This document shows, piece by piece, positions 1 through 18,436 of a stretch of DNA of 64,000 bases. Source of the DNA: Eledone cirrhosa (taxonomy: Eukaryota). Numbering within the stretch: position 1 is the first letter of the stretch; every line of letters starts with the position of its first letter. The stretch spans positions 36,890,001 to 36,954,000 of the forward strand of contig OZ024749.1 in assembly GCA_964016885.1 (NCBI GenBank). The letters run 5' to 3'. Both the position numbers and the translations under genes were made by a program. The notes beneath the pieces were generated by a model. That model searched no databases. It worked only from the letters and a program-made list of their open reading frames with translations, and had not been told where the DNA came from.

Positions 1-69
1 TATGGTTGTTATGGTTGTTATTGTTGTTATAACATTAAAAGTAATTGTTATTGTTGCGTTGTTTTCAGT

Positions 70-640
70 GTTTTATATTGTTGTTGCTGTTGGTATTGTT
101 GCTGTTATTTTGTCCTATTTCCATTGTTGTTGTTGTTATTGTTTCTGTTATTTTGTCCGATTTCTATTGTTATTGTTGGTATTGTTGCTGTTATTTTGTC
201 CTATTTCTATTGTTGTTGTTGTTATTGTTTCTGTTATTTTGTCCTATTTCTATTGTTGTTGTTGGTATTGTTACTGTTATTTTGTCCTATTTCTATTGTT
301 GTTGTTGGTAATGTTGCTGTTATTTTGTCCTATATTTTTCGTTGTTGTTGTTATTGTTTCTGTTATTTTGTCCCATTTCTATTGTTGTTGTTGGTAATGT
401 TGCTGTTATTTTGTCCTATATTTTTCGTTGTTGTTGTTATTGTTTCTGTTATTTTGTCCCATTTCTATTGTTGTTGTTGATAATGTTGCTGTTATTTTGT
501 CCTATTTTATTATTGTTGTTGTTATTGTTTCGGTTATTTTGTCCTATTTCTATTGTTGTTGGTAATGTTGCTGTTATTTTGTCCTATTGTTTTCGTTGTT
601 GTTGGCATTGTTGTATAATTTTCTCCTATTTTTATTGTTG
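70..640. repeat. (TTG)n-derived minisatellite, unit about 40-45 bp
   Basis: Recurrent tattgttgttgttg...ctgttattttgtcctatttc units. Confidence 0.9.
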
Positions 641-719
641 CTATAATGTACGAATAAATGTTATTGCCGTGCCTCTGTGAGTCGGTATGTGTGTATGTTT
701 GTTTGTGTGTATGAGTGTG

Positions 720-779
<60 letters not shown>

Positions 780-904
780 TGCGTGCGCGTGTATGTGTAG
801 GTTACGCTTCCGTGCATATGAATGTAGTCAACACCTCTGTTTGTGTGTATATGTAAGCAGCCCGCCTCTCTCTCTCTCTCTGTATGTGTGTATGCATGTC
901 AGCA

Positions 905-1105
905 TGTGTGTGTGTATCTGTGTGTGTATCTGTGTGTGTATCTGTGTGTGTATCTGTGTGTGTATCTGTGTGTGTATCTCTGTGTGTGTATCTCTATGTG
1001 TGTATCTGTGTGTGTATCTGTGTGTGTATCTGTGTGTGTATCTCTGTGTGTGTATCTCTGTGTGAGGTATCTGTGTGTGTATCTGTGTGTGTATCTCTGT
1101 GTGTG
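905..1105. repeat. 12-bp (GTGTGTGTATCT)n array, near a (GT)n tract at about 714-790
   Basis: Direct reading. Confidence 0.9.
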
Positions 1106-1396
1106 AGTGTGAGTGTGTGAGTGTAAGCAACGTTTCTTCGTGTATGTATAGGTTCTCCCACTTATACAAAGAGGCTGCACACTGTGTGTCTGTCAGCCCT
1201 CCCTAACCTTACACAGAAGCTGCACATTGTAGCTATTAAGAAGCCCTTAACAGGTTCCTCATGCTAAAATGTGATGTGCTCACCACGTGCCCTCCATCAC
1301 CTTCCTACACCAATTACATGATTCAATGACGATCGTACACCCGCAGCCTGTTAATGTTAACACGGCATCAACGGATGCTTGCCTACACAAGTTCTA

Positions 1397-4055
1397 CATA
1401 TATACACACATATATACACACATATACACATACATATATACACACATATATACATACATGTATACATACATATATACATACATATATACACACATATATA
1501 TACACACATGTATACACACATATATACATACATATATACACACATATATACACACATATATACACACATATATACACACATATATACACACATATATACA
1601 CACATATATACACACATATATACACACATATATACATACATATATACATACTTGTATACATACATATATACATACATGTATACACTTACATTCTATATAC
1701 ATTCATATAAACATACATACATATAAACATACATACATATATACATATATATGCACTTACATTCTATATACATTCATATAAACATACATACATATAAACA
1801 TACATACACATATACATATATATACACTTACATTCTATATACATTCATATAAACATACATACATATAAACATACATGCATATAAACATACATACATATAT
1901 ACATATATATACACTTACATTCTATATACATTCATATAAACATACATATATACATATATACATATATACACTTACATTCTATATACATATAAACATACAT
2001 ACATATATACATACATGTATACATTTACATTCTATATACATTCATATAAACATACATACATATATACATATATATACACTTACATTCTATATACATACAT
2101 ATAGACATACATACATATATACATACATGTATACACTTACATTCTATATACATTCATATAAACATACATACATATATACATATATATACACTTACATTCT
2201 ATATACATACATATATATATACATACATGTATACACTTACATTCTATATACATACATATAAACATACATACATATATAGATACATGTATACACTTACATT
2301 CTATATAATACATATAAACATACATACATATATACATATATACACTTACATTCTATATACATTCATATAAACATACATATATATATACATATATACACTT
2401 ACATTCTATATACATATAAACATACATACATATATACATACATGTATACACTTACATTCTATATACATTCATATAAACATACATACATATATACATATAT
2501 ATACACTTACATTCTATATACATACATATATATATATACATACATGTATACACTTACATTCTATATACATACATATAAACATACATACATATATATATAC
2601 ATGTATACACTTACATTCTATATACATACATATAAACATACATACATATATACATATATACACTTACATTCTATATACATACATATAGACATACATACAT
2701 ATATACATACATGTATACACTTACATTCTATATACATTGATATAAACATACATACATATATACATATATATACACTTACATTCTATATACATACATATAT
2801 ATATACATACATGTATACACTTACATTCTATATACATACATATAAACATACATACATATATACATACATGTATACACTTACATTCTATATACATACATAT
2901 AAACATACATACATATATAGATACATGTATACACTTACATTCTATATAATACATATAAACATACATACATATATACATATATACACTTACATTCTATATA
3001 CATTCATATAAACATACATATATATATACATATATACACTTACATTCTATATACATATAGACATACATACATATATACATACATGTATACACTTACATTC
3101 TATATACATTGATATAAACATACATACATATATACATATATATACACTTACATTCTATATACATACATATATATATACATACATGTATACACTTACATTC
3201 TATATACATACATATAAACATACATACATATATACATACATGTATACACTTACATTCGATATACATACATATAAACATACATACATATATACATATTTAC
3301 ACTTACATTCTATATACATACATATAGACATACATATATACATACATGTATACACTTACATTCTATATACATTCATATAAACATACATATATACATATAT
3401 ATACACTTACATTCTATATACATACACATATATATATACATACATGTATACACTTACATTCTATATACATACATATAAACATACATACATATATACATAC
3501 ATGTATACACTTACATTCTATATACATACATATAAACATACATACATATATACATATATACACTTACATTCTAAATACATATAAACATACATACATATAT
3601 ACATACATGTATACACTTACATTCTATATACATTGATATAAACATACATACATATATACATATATATACACTTACATTCTATATACATACATATATATAT
3701 ACATACATGTATACACTTACATTCTATATACATACATATAAACATACATACATATATACATACATGTATACACTTACATTCGATATACATACATATAAAC
3801 ATACATACATATATACTTATATACACTTACATTCTATATACATACATATAGACATACATACATATATACATACATGTATACACTTACATTCTATATACAT
3901 TCATATAAACATACATATATACATATATATACACTTACATTCTATATACATACATATATATATACATACATGTATACACTTACATTCTATATACATACAT
4001 ATAAACATACATACATATATACATACATGTATACACTTACATTCTATATACATAC

Positions 4056-4086
<31 letters not shown>

Positions 4087-4510
4087 CATTTACATTCTAT
4101 ATACATACATATAGACATACATACATATATACATACATGTATACACTTACATTCTATATACATACATATAAACATACATACATATATACATATATACACT
4201 TACATTCTATATACATACATATAGACATACATACATATATACATACATGTATACACTTACATTCTATATACATACATATAATCATACATACATATATACA
4301 TACATATACACATATGTACACACTTACATTCCACATACATACATATATACGTATATACACACTTACATTCTACATACACACATACATACATACATACATA
4401 CATATATACATATATACACACTTACATTCTACATACATACATACATATATACATACTTACATTCTACATACATGTATACACACTTACATTCTACATACAT
4501 ACACACATTC
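1397..4510. repeat. (TACA)n-derived minisatellite, unit about 45-56 bp anchored on cacttacattc
   Basis: Dozens of tatacacttacattctatatacat units from about 1680 onward; 12-bp (CACACATATATA)n at the start. Confidence 0.95.
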
Positions 4511-4530
4511 TACTAACATATACGTATATA

Positions 4531-4570
<40 letters not shown>

Positions 4571-4595
4571 TATATATATATATATATAAATATAA

Positions 4596-4655
<60 letters not shown>

Positions 4656-4698
4656 TTACATATTTACGTATATGTATATATATATATGTATATGTACA

Positions 4699-4729
<31 letters not shown>

Positions 4730-4792
4730 GTTTACATACGCACACACATATATAGATATACGTATATATACATATATGTACAATGTACATAT

Positions 4793-4823
<31 letters not shown>

Positions 4824-5142
4824 CAAATACACATACGCATACATACACACACATACATACACATACATGCAATCACACATCCACACACACACACAGAATT
4901 ACATCAATGCGTGTGTAAATTATTTCTTTAGAAAATGTAATGATCCAATCGGCGTCAATGGTGGTCGTAATTGATGACAGAGCTATCTCCCTACACACTG
5001 TTCTAGCATATTTACACGTACACACATATATACATACACACATTCACACACACACATTCACACACACACACACACATTTACATACACATTCACACATACA
5101 CACACATACACACACATTCACATACACACACATTCACCTACG

Positions 5143-5186
<44 letters not shown>

Positions 5187-5194
5187 CTTGTACC

Positions 5195-5286
<92 letters not shown>

Positions 5287-5381
5287 AGTGGAAGCTTAGT
5301 AAAATCGAAGCTTTGGCTGCGGCCAAGAAAAATCGACCTACAATTAGGAACGAGTAGCAAACCACTCAATAAGGGTAGGCC

Positions 5382-5477
<96 letters not shown>

Positions 5478-5481
5478 TATG

Positions 5482-5531
<50 letters not shown>

Positions 5532-5600
5532 TATATATATACACATATATATATATATACACATATATATATACATATATATATATACATATATATATAC

Positions 5601-5740
<140 letters not shown>

Positions 5741-5746
5741 ATATAT

Positions 5747-5801
<55 letters not shown>

Positions 5802-5834
5802 TATAAATAGATATATATACATTCATATATATAC

Positions 5835-5901
<67 letters not shown>

Positions 5902-6157
5902 CATATATATACATATATATATACATATATATATTCGAATGGGCCATGGTGCCCAAATCCTGAATTGAAAGACTTCGCCAGGTGGTGCTATACATATATA
6001 TATATATACATATATATACATATATATATATATATATACATATATATACACACATACATATATATATTTATATATATATATACATATATATATACATATA
6101 TATAAACATATATATATACATATATATATACATATATATATACATATATATATATAT

Positions 6158-8280
<2,123 letters not shown>

Positions 8281-8289
8281 TTATATATA

Positions 8290-8366
<77 letters not shown>

Positions 8367-8367
8367 A

Positions 8368-8524
<157 letters not shown>

Positions 8525-8530
8525 TATATA

Positions 8531-8601
<71 letters not shown>

Positions 8602-8614
8602 GTATATATATATG

Positions 8615-8651
<37 letters not shown>

Positions 8652-8700
8652 GTATATATATATGTATATATATATGTGTATATATATATATATGTATATA

Positions 8701-8745
<45 letters not shown>

Positions 8746-8782
8746 GTATATATATATGTATATATATATGTGTATATATATG

Positions 8783-8813
<31 letters not shown>

Positions 8814-8880
8814 GTGTGTATATATATATATATGTATATATATATATGTGTGTATATATATATATATGTATATATATATT

Positions 8881-8955
<75 letters not shown>

Positions 8956-8956
8956 G

Positions 8957-9082
<126 letters not shown>

Positions 9083-9142
9083 GGAGGTGAGTTTTATTGT
9101 AGTACAATAAAGCAATGCAGATTGTATATATATATATATGTA

Positions 9143-9651
9143 TATAAAAGTGGATGAATACTTCAACAGGTACTAAGTACTTGTAGAAATATGCAAGGTG
9201 TTTATAATAGTTGTGGTTCGATGGTACTAATTTGAGATACCAGAACAATATAAAAAGAGCGGAGCAAGCGGTTATCAAACAATTTTCTAAATAAATTAAA
9301 AAACGATTTAAATAATCACCTGTTCTATTGCTGTTACCGACGGTTTCACCATTCCAAATATTGGAAATCCAGAGAATTTCCAATGGAAAGAAGTGGATCT
9401 TCAGACAGCTTATTTCCATACTATAAGGTTGCCAGCCTTACAGAAAGTAAATATTTCGCTTCCTGCCCAACGCATGCGGTCAAGCCGTTAAAATGACACA
9501 CACGCAAAATCAGGTCGCAGATAATAGCTGTTTATTATAAACAGTAGCATTATTCAACGTTTTGATCTCTACATAAGGAGAAAAATTATAAAAGTGGATG
9601 AATACTTCAACAGGCACTAAGTACTTGTAGAAATATGCAAGGTGTTTATAA
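9143..9651 (-). mobile_element. 444-bp-period non-coding unit with 65-bp terminal direct repeat, carrying a hammerhead motif (Penelope-like/retrozyme-like)
   Basis: 9143-9207 matches 9587-9651 with one mismatch; hammerhead motif at 9330-9409. Confidence 0.65.
9330..9409 (-). ncRNA. Type I hammerhead ribozyme motif
   Basis: Minus strand: GCTGT CTGAAGA [stem II with ATTGGAAATTC/GGATTTCCAAT hairpin] GAAA CCGTCGG TA ACAGC. Stem I GCTGT/ACAGC, triplet GUA. Confidence 0.72.
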
Positions 9652-9877
9652 GTTGAATTACCAACAAATTATATATATATATATAAACATTAAGTGTTTG
9701 ATGTTCTGCATAATATATTCGGTTGTACTTAACTGCTTCACTTTCATGCAGATGGCGGTAGTGAGTAATTAACTCCCAGCCGTGGTATTAATAATACACT
9801 TTTAATGTTGTGCATTAATACAAATTTTGAGATGGAAAAAAGCCATCTACATTTCAACTGGGCCCTTGCCATTATTT

Positions 9878-10190
9878 CAAATCGGCCGAGGTTAACTTTG
9901 CCTTTCATCCTCACGGGGTCGATAAAATAAAATACCAGCAATGCACTGGGGTAATTGCTGGCCTTCTGCCAAAAGCAGAAACAATTATTACAATGTGGTG
10001 AATTGGCAGTATCGGTAGAGCGTCAGACACTATGCTTTGCAGCATAGAGTTATGGCCGTTTGTGTTCTGAGTTCAAATCCTACCGAGATTAACTTTGCGG
10101 GGGTCGTCCTTACCGGGTCGATAAAATAAATCACCAGTAATGCACTGGGTAATTGCTGGCCTTGTGCCAAAAGTAGAAACAATTATTACA
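9878..10190 (+). mobile_element. Two head-to-tail copies of tRNA-derived SINE family A (about 190 bp)
   Basis: A-box-like TGGCAGTATCGGTAG, B-box GAGTTCAAATCC, body gttaactttgcctttcatcc...ggccttgtgccaaaagtagaaacaattatt; many copies in the window. Confidence 0.88.
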
Positions 10191-10328
10191 CATGAGTATA
10201 TGTGAACGTGTGTGTGTATGTGAGTGTGTGTGTGCATGTGTGTATATGTGTGTGTGCGTGCGCGCTCTCAAGTCTTTGTATGTGGATGTGTGTGTGTGTG
10301 TGTGTGTGTGTATGTGAGTGGGTGTGTG

Positions 10329-10363
<35 letters not shown>

Positions 10364-10384
10364 TCTCAAGTCTTTGAATGTGGA

Positions 10385-10417
<33 letters not shown>

Positions 10418-10428
10418 GTGTGTGTGTG

Positions 10429-10465
<37 letters not shown>

Positions 10466-10717
10466 TCTCAAGTCTTAGTATGTGGATGTGTGTGTGTGCG
10501 TCTGATTCTTCATTGGAGCAAATAGTGTCAAAGAGTTTCTGTGCAGTCCTCACAAGAACGCAGAGGTGATGCTCTAAGATCTATACGTGATAAAATATTA
10601 TTCAACGGAATATTGTCCGTCCGAAGCCAACATAGTTTCGTACACGTCCCTATTATGCTTAACGCTATCTTAGTGCTACTGTGTCAATTATGTATATATA
10701 TATATATATATGTAGTG

Positions 10718-10761
<44 letters not shown>

Positions 10762-10771
10762 TATATATGTA

Positions 10772-10846
<75 letters not shown>

Positions 10847-10915
10847 AATATATATATATATATATGTATATATATATGTAAGAATATTTATATATATATA
10901 TATATATATATATGT

Positions 10916-11110
10916 ATAGGAACCAGTAAGACCCCGACAGCTGAGCTCAAGCCGTTTCGACGGCTAATTCTGTCCAGAATTAGCCGTCGAAACGGCTTGA
11001 GCTCAGCTGTCGGGGTCTTACTGGTTCCTATGACCCACTCTACTACCTCAAGTATTGAGTACTTTGGTGCGTTATGGTCCACCTGGTTCCTTACCACACT
11101 TCCTTCGTTA
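10916..11110. mobile_element. Palindromic short element (perfect 57-bp arms, 2-nt loop) plus about 80-bp unique tail
   Basis: 10916-10972 is the exact reverse complement of 10975-11031; relatives at about 27990, 36430 and 46718. Confidence 0.85.
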
Positions 11111-11142
11111 TATATATATGTATATATATATGTAAGAATATT

Positions 11143-11273
<131 letters not shown>

Positions 11274-11382
11274 AAATGTATGAATATATATATATATATG
11301 TATAAATGTATGAATATATATATATATATATATATATGTCTGAATATATATATATATATATATATGTATGAATATATATATG

Positions 11383-11450
<68 letters not shown>

Positions 11451-11478
11451 AATATATATATATATATGTATATATGTA

Positions 11479-11527
<49 letters not shown>

Positions 11528-11536
11528 CTATATATA

Positions 11537-11583
<47 letters not shown>

Positions 11584-11846
11584 TTCAGTCCCATAGCTTC
11601 AATCTAGTTGGTTTAGCAAGAATTTCTACACAGCAATACTGAGTATATCTTCGCAGTAGGTCCGCTGTGAAAGACCGCTGAAGATTGCTGACAAGATTCT
11701 TGGGCAACAGCGTATAGTCATGGTACATGACTAGCAATGGACTCTAGACCTATATTTACACACACACCTACATACGCACGCACACATGCACGTACACAAA
11801 CATACACAGACATACACAAAAACATCTATATATATATATGTAGAGG

Positions 11847-11891
<45 letters not shown>

Positions 11892-11968
11892 GAGGTTATA
11901 TATATGTAGAGGTTATATATATATATATATTTGTAGAGGTTATATATATATATATATATGTAGATGTT

Positions 11969-12024
<56 letters not shown>

Positions 12025-12147
12025 CATATATATATATTTAGTTAGGATTGTTTTGGGGAATTCGGTACATGGCATTATAATATATATATATATATTTATA
12101 TAATATATATATATACATATATTTATATACATATTTCAATATATATA

Positions 12148-12207
<60 letters not shown>

Positions 12208-12210
12208 CAC

Positions 12211-12241
<31 letters not shown>

Positions 12242-12246
12242 CTGTA

Positions 12247-12277
<31 letters not shown>

Positions 12278-12339
12278 ATATACATATAAATATTTAAATG
12301 TATACATGAAATTATCTGCGTGTTTGCATTTATGGATAG

Positions 12340-12433
<94 letters not shown>

Positions 12434-12730
12434 GTGTGTATACATGCATCATTCATTACATGGGTTGACATCTTTATCTGCAATATTTCATCACTGGTAT
12501 CACGTGGACCCGAAATCATGACAGCATTGACATGATAAATAGTCGTTCCATCTAGAAGTTAACCCTTTAACCCGACACCCGCCGGCACCTTTCCCCCCCC
12601 CTCCCTCCTCCTCCAGCCCGAAAGTTCTTTAAACCTTGGTACCGTCCTTAGAAAGCCATTTTTTTTAGAAAGGTAAGGGACATACATCGAGATCTGTTAG
12701 TCGAAAATATATATACACACGCACACAGAT

Positions 12731-12761
<31 letters not shown>

Positions 12762-12788
12762 CACACACACACACATATATATATATAT

Positions 12789-12820
<32 letters not shown>

Positions 12821-12849
12821 TATATATAATTCGTATATATATATATATA

Positions 12850-13024
12850 TATCATCATCATTCATTTTACGTCCGCTTTTCCCTGCTTGGAAGGGGGCGG
12901 GTCCTATTCAGCACAGCATCTCTCCACTTGTCACGGTCCTTCGTCATCCCCTACGTTAGCTTGAGCGATCTGCGCTCTGCTCTCACCACCCCCGCCCATG
13001 TTTTTTGTGGTCTTCCTCTACTGC

Positions 13025-13025
<1 letters not shown>
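12850..13025 (-). mobile_element. 3' end of an RTE-clade LINE
   Basis: Minus translation RSRGRPQKTWAGVV...KDRDKWR, then a short UTR ending in (GAT)n. Confidence 0.75.
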
Positions 13026-13064
<39 letters not shown>

Positions 13065-13319
13065 CAAGAATAGACAAGAAAATTACAGGGATGCAAAAAA
13101 AAAAATGGTCGTATTGGTTTCACGCTTAGGAGCTTAGGAAGAAACTATCTTCATATATATCTAGTGAAAAATAATAGGCATTTTTTTTTGCAACCACTAC
13201 ATACCGTCTATGTAGTGAAGGAATAATAACTATTGTTTCTACTGTAAACAAACTTTAGTAAATGTTAAAAAAAAAAGTAACAATAAAATTAAAACAAAGA
13301 AGCTTCCTCTAATCTACAG

Positions 13320-13895
13320 GCTCACACCCAGAGCTGTTCCATTCACTCGGGCCATGCTCGCTTCTCTCACCCATTATTTCTTCATTGGCCACAAGGGCCG
13401 AAACATAAAAGACAATACAAAAAAGGGACAGTATGGGTTTACATAACATCGAGTAAAACAAGAAATATCACCAAAATACATAATAAAATTTCCCAATAGG
13501 AGGAATATCACCCAGGCGTAACTTTGGAACGCCAGCTATCCTAATCCACCTAATCCACCTACTCTCCAAGAGCACAATAGAAGGGCGCCGCTCTTCTCTC
13601 TAAACTCTTCAGCCTACAGCGTACGGTCAAAGGATGCCCATTCAGTAGGGCCATGCACGCTTCATTCACCAACCTTTTAGCAAATGTACTCGGTGGGTGT
13701 GTGAGGGTGCTCCATCTCCACCTTCACCTTCCTTTCAAAATGAAACTTGAAAATAGTTGACGAGAGCTTGGCTGAAGAGGAAAGTGACTGTCTTCAGTCC
13801 TTTTAGCTGCGACCACCACACAATCTCTGTGTCAGTAATGCACGGATACTGGACGAATGCGTGCAGAACGGTTTCGTCGCACTGCATTTCCTGAC
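13320..13895 (-). mobile_element. Decayed 3' part of an L1/Tx1-like LINE
   Basis: CDETVLHAFVQ...IVWW..LKGLKT..LF..ALVNYF, similar to the copy at 44456-44869. Confidence 0.75.
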
Positions 13896-14029
13896 GATGG
13901 TCTCCCGCCCGAAACGTAGAACCCTCCTTCCCTTCCTCCAAGCGTGAAACTAATAATACTTTATATTTTGAAATGTCTGTGTTTGTTTTGTTTTATTTGT
14001 TCAACTATATACACAACGGTCTACCAAAC

Positions 14030-14185
14030 TCCACTCACACGGTATTGGTCAACCCAAGGCTATAGTAAGAAAGACATGTCCAAGGCTATAGTAACAAAGA
14101 CATGTCCAAGGTACCACGCAGTGGAACGTAAAGCAGAGTCATGCGGTTGCGAAGCGAACCCTTTAATCCAACAGCTAAGCCTGTA
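14030..14185 (-). mobile_element. tRNA-derived SINE fragment (family C) with an internal 26-bp duplication
   Basis: ctaccaaactccactcacac...ccaaggctatagta..aagaca..tccaaggtaccacgcagtgg resembles an abundant octopus SINE (from memory). Confidence 0.65.
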
Positions 14186-14353
14186 CCTAATTATAAAAAT
14201 ATATTTGGAACCGAAGAAAAATATGTTTACATTACATACAATATTATGATGGCATATTGTTTATTTTTTTCTATTTCATCTTGTGGTAAGTAGATATGAA
14301 ATTTATGAAAATTACTAATATATTTATAATCTTATGCACGTAGGTGGGTGAGC

Positions 14354-14391
<38 letters not shown>

Positions 14392-14518
14392 TGTGTCAAT
14401 GTATCTGTGATTGTTTGTGTGCGTGTGTGTATGGATATGAATTCATATGAATATGTATTCATCTGTATATATTGATGTGTACATATATATATGTATGTGT
14501 ATATGTATGTGTATATGT

Positions 14519-14551
<33 letters not shown>

Positions 14552-14638
14552 AACATATACATAAATAAATATATATATATATATATATCTATATATCTCT
14601 CTCTATATATATATAAATAAATATATATACATACATAT

Positions 14639-14669
<31 letters not shown>

Positions 14670-14672
14670 CAC

Positions 14673-14765
<93 letters not shown>

Positions 14766-15171
14766 CATACATATACACACATACTCTATCCGGTTTCTAA
14801 ATAGGCTTCATGCGACGGCTCGTTATTGTAGGACGACCGATTTCTATAGTTTTTCTCATTCAATCAGTTTTGTTAGAGCAACAAATTAATTAGAATATAA
14901 CCCTATTGATGTTGGTTACGTCGCCGGAGGACAGGAGTGGATAACTGAGAAAAATCTCTTCACTTAATGGACTCTCGTCCTAGTCAAATTCAGATTTTCT
15001 CAGCTGGATGCCTGCACAAATATAGAGAACGGCCATTCTTTACGAAGCCCCCAATGGCTTCTATTATGCCATGGTTTTTCCTCGTATTGGCTTTTGCCTC
15101 ATTTTGAAAACCGAAGTCTGACTGATGACGGTTGACTGTCAGTCAGTCCGTCAGACTGCCTGACTGCCTGA

Positions 15172-15246
15172 CTGAGTGGCTGAGTGGCTGAGTGGCTGAG
15201 TGGTTGAGTGGCTGAGTGGCTGAGTGGCTGAGTGGCTGATTGAGTG
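15172..15246. repeat. (GAGTGGCT)n 8-mer array
   Basis: Direct reading. Confidence 0.9.
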
Positions 15247-15282
15247 ACAGAATATCTACCTAGCTGGTTATTTGCTGGTTAG

Positions 15283-15358
<76 letters not shown>

Positions 15359-15374
15359 CATACACATACATATG

Positions 15375-15420
<46 letters not shown>

Positions 15421-15438
15421 CACATACACATACATATG

Positions 15439-15488
<50 letters not shown>

Positions 15489-15542
15489 CACATACATATG
15501 TATGTATATATATATATATATATACACGTACACATACATATG

Positions 15543-15637
<95 letters not shown>

Positions 15638-15765
15638 GAGATATGTAGCTAAATACATAGATACGTAGGTATGTATAAATGTATACATACATCTATACAT
15701 ACCCACATATCTATGTAACAATCTATCTAACTACTTATATATATATATATATATATCATACATGC

Positions 15766-15832
<67 letters not shown>

Positions 15833-15846
15833 CATACATACATACA

Positions 15847-15878
<32 letters not shown>

Positions 15879-15901
15879 CATACATATATATACTCACACA
15901 C

Positions 15902-15940
<39 letters not shown>

Positions 15941-16010
15941 CATGCATACATACATAGATACATACATACATACATACATACATACATACATACATACATA
16001 CATACATACA

Positions 16011-16042
<32 letters not shown>

Positions 16043-16058
16043 CATACATATATATACT

Positions 16059-16093
<35 letters not shown>

Positions 16094-16235
16094 GGCATGG
16101 CTGAATAGCTAGGTCATCGGGTAGGTAGCAGACTGGAGACTGGATGGATTACTGTACAGTGATGGACATTAAGTGGATAAATAAAATAACTTCAATGGTC
16201 AAGCTATATAGAAACATATACAATCAAAAATATAA

Positions 16236-16309
<74 letters not shown>

Positions 16310-16678
16310 GTTTGTTCCCTCGAAACCCCTCCCTGCTGTGCTATACATCTGCCATCGCAGTAGACGATAAGTAGCGAACGGTTCCTTCAAACGCTCACTA
16401 CCATTACATCTGAGCAACCCGCATCCGGTTTTAATATTTTGTGGCAGAGGCATGCGCTGTGTCGACCATCGACCGGAAGCTCTTGGAAATGAATATATTT
16501 TATTTTCTTTGACCGTAAGCTACGTTGTATATGTATGTAGGCAATATTATTATTATTTTTTTGTGATATATATATATATATATGTATTATGTATGTATTT
16601 ATATATATATATATATATACATATATATATTATGTATGTATTTATATATATATATATATACATATATATATTATGTAT

Positions 16679-16750
<72 letters not shown>

Positions 16751-16755
16751 CATAC

Positions 16756-16794
<39 letters not shown>

Positions 16795-16857
16795 TCCACA
16801 TGCCTCAGGGGTGATGCTACCAGCTCACAGTGTTCCTGTGTAATCATTTCCTTCTTA

Positions 16858-17162
16858 ATAATAATTGGTTCTACTTTTGGCACAAGGCCATCAATTACCC
16901 CAGTGCATTACTGGTACTTTATTTTATCGACCCCGTAAGGATGAAAGGCAAAGTTAACCTCGGCGGGATTTGAACTCAGAATGGCAAGGGCCGTAACTCT
17001 ATGCGTCAAAGCATGGCGTCCGACCCTCTACCGATACTGCCAATCCACCACCCTAATAATAATTGTTTCTACTTTAGGCACAAGGCCAGCAATTATCCCA
17101 GTGTATTACTGGTACTTTATTTTATCGACCCCGTAAGGATGAAAGGCAAAGTTAACCTCGGC
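16858..17162 (-). mobile_element. SINE family A, one full and one partial tandem copy
   Basis: Reverse complement of the family A sequence. Confidence 0.88.
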
Positions 17163-17240
17163 CCTTAATAATAATAATAATGATGATGAAGATAACAGTA
17201 ACAATTATTTGGCGCCTTTGTGGCAAAAGAAATAAACTGA

Positions 17241-17452
17241 TGGGTGTTGGATTGGCAGTATCGGCAGAGCGTCAGACACCATGCTTTGCAGCATAGAGTT
17301 ATGGCTCTTTACGTTCTGAGTTCATATCCGGCAAGGTTAGCTTTGCCTTTCATCCTTCCGGGTTCGATAAAATAAAGCACCAGTAGTGTACTGGGGTCGA
17401 TTTAATCGATTTTCTCCTCCCCCAGATTACTGGCCTTGTGCCTATACTAGAA
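17241..17452 (+). mobile_element. SINE family A, variant subfamily
   Basis: TGGCAGTATCGGCAG...GAGTTCATATCC...ggccttgtgcctatactagaa. Confidence 0.85.
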
Positions 17453-17481
17453 ATCCCGTCCCGCTCTATTTCTGGCTTTCT

Positions 17482-17525
<44 letters not shown>

Positions 17526-17609
17526 ATATGTATGTATGTGTGTGTGTATGTATGTATGTATGTATGTATGTATGTATGTATGTATGTATGTATGTATGTA
17601 TGTATGTAT

Positions 17610-18161
17610 GGTCGGGTCGTTGGCGACTAAACTGGTAACCCCACCAAGGTTTCTTGGTGAGGAGGGTGACTTTGGACATCCTGCAGGACTAAACACAAAA
17701 CATGTCAAAGGGCAAAGGGGCTCTTAAGAGTCAATGGCCATCCAAAATCACCGGGAGAGATGACCCCTTAGCCTTTGTCAAGGCAGAATTCTAGGAGAAG
17801 GAAAACTCTGATATAACACCTGCAACCCTGATGGTATCCAATGATGTTGACTTGTTTTTCTTTTTGGTAAATATCATCTTGGTTAAGTGAGTGGGACTGG
17901 CTTTGTGCAGTGCCTTTGCTCACTATAAAAGCTTCACGGCACAGGCATTGCTTTATATCTGGAGATCTCTCTGCACTTGTCATCACATGGTACCATGGGC
18001 CCAGCACTATGTGTCAATAATTGTCACAAGTGTAGTGTTTGTACCAGAGTTTTCAAGTCGCTGGCTGGACTAAAAAGTCACACTCGTTCAGCGCATCGGT
18101 AGGGGTTCTCCTACATGGATATAAAGTAGTGGCCGTACTCGAAAACGAGTTGGCAGCCCCC
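17610..18161 (+). mobile_element. Non-autonomous RTE-derived element (about 550 bp) inserted in (TATG)n
   Basis: Last about 180 bp nearly identical to the RTE 3' end at 63083-63262; 17892-18161 nearly identical to 61976-62245; RTE-5'UTR-like aggagaaggaaaactctga. Confidence 0.85.
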
Positions 18162-18380
18162 ATATATATATGTATGTATGTATATATATCTATGTATGTA
18201 TGTATGTATATATATGTATATATACATACGTGTATGTTAATGTATGTATATATATGTATATATACATACGTGTATGTTAATATATGAATGTATATATATG
18301 TATATATACATACGTATATGTTAATATATGTATGTATGTATATATATGTATATATACATACGTATATGTTAATATATATG

Positions 18381-18436
<56 letters not shown>

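Noticed and set aside
11670-11720. CTGAAGA with a TTGC/GCAA stem; other CTGANGA hits at about 15122, 27388, 27642, 39886, 52598 and 56854
   Set aside because: No correctly placed GAAA, stem II or stem I, so not called hammerheads
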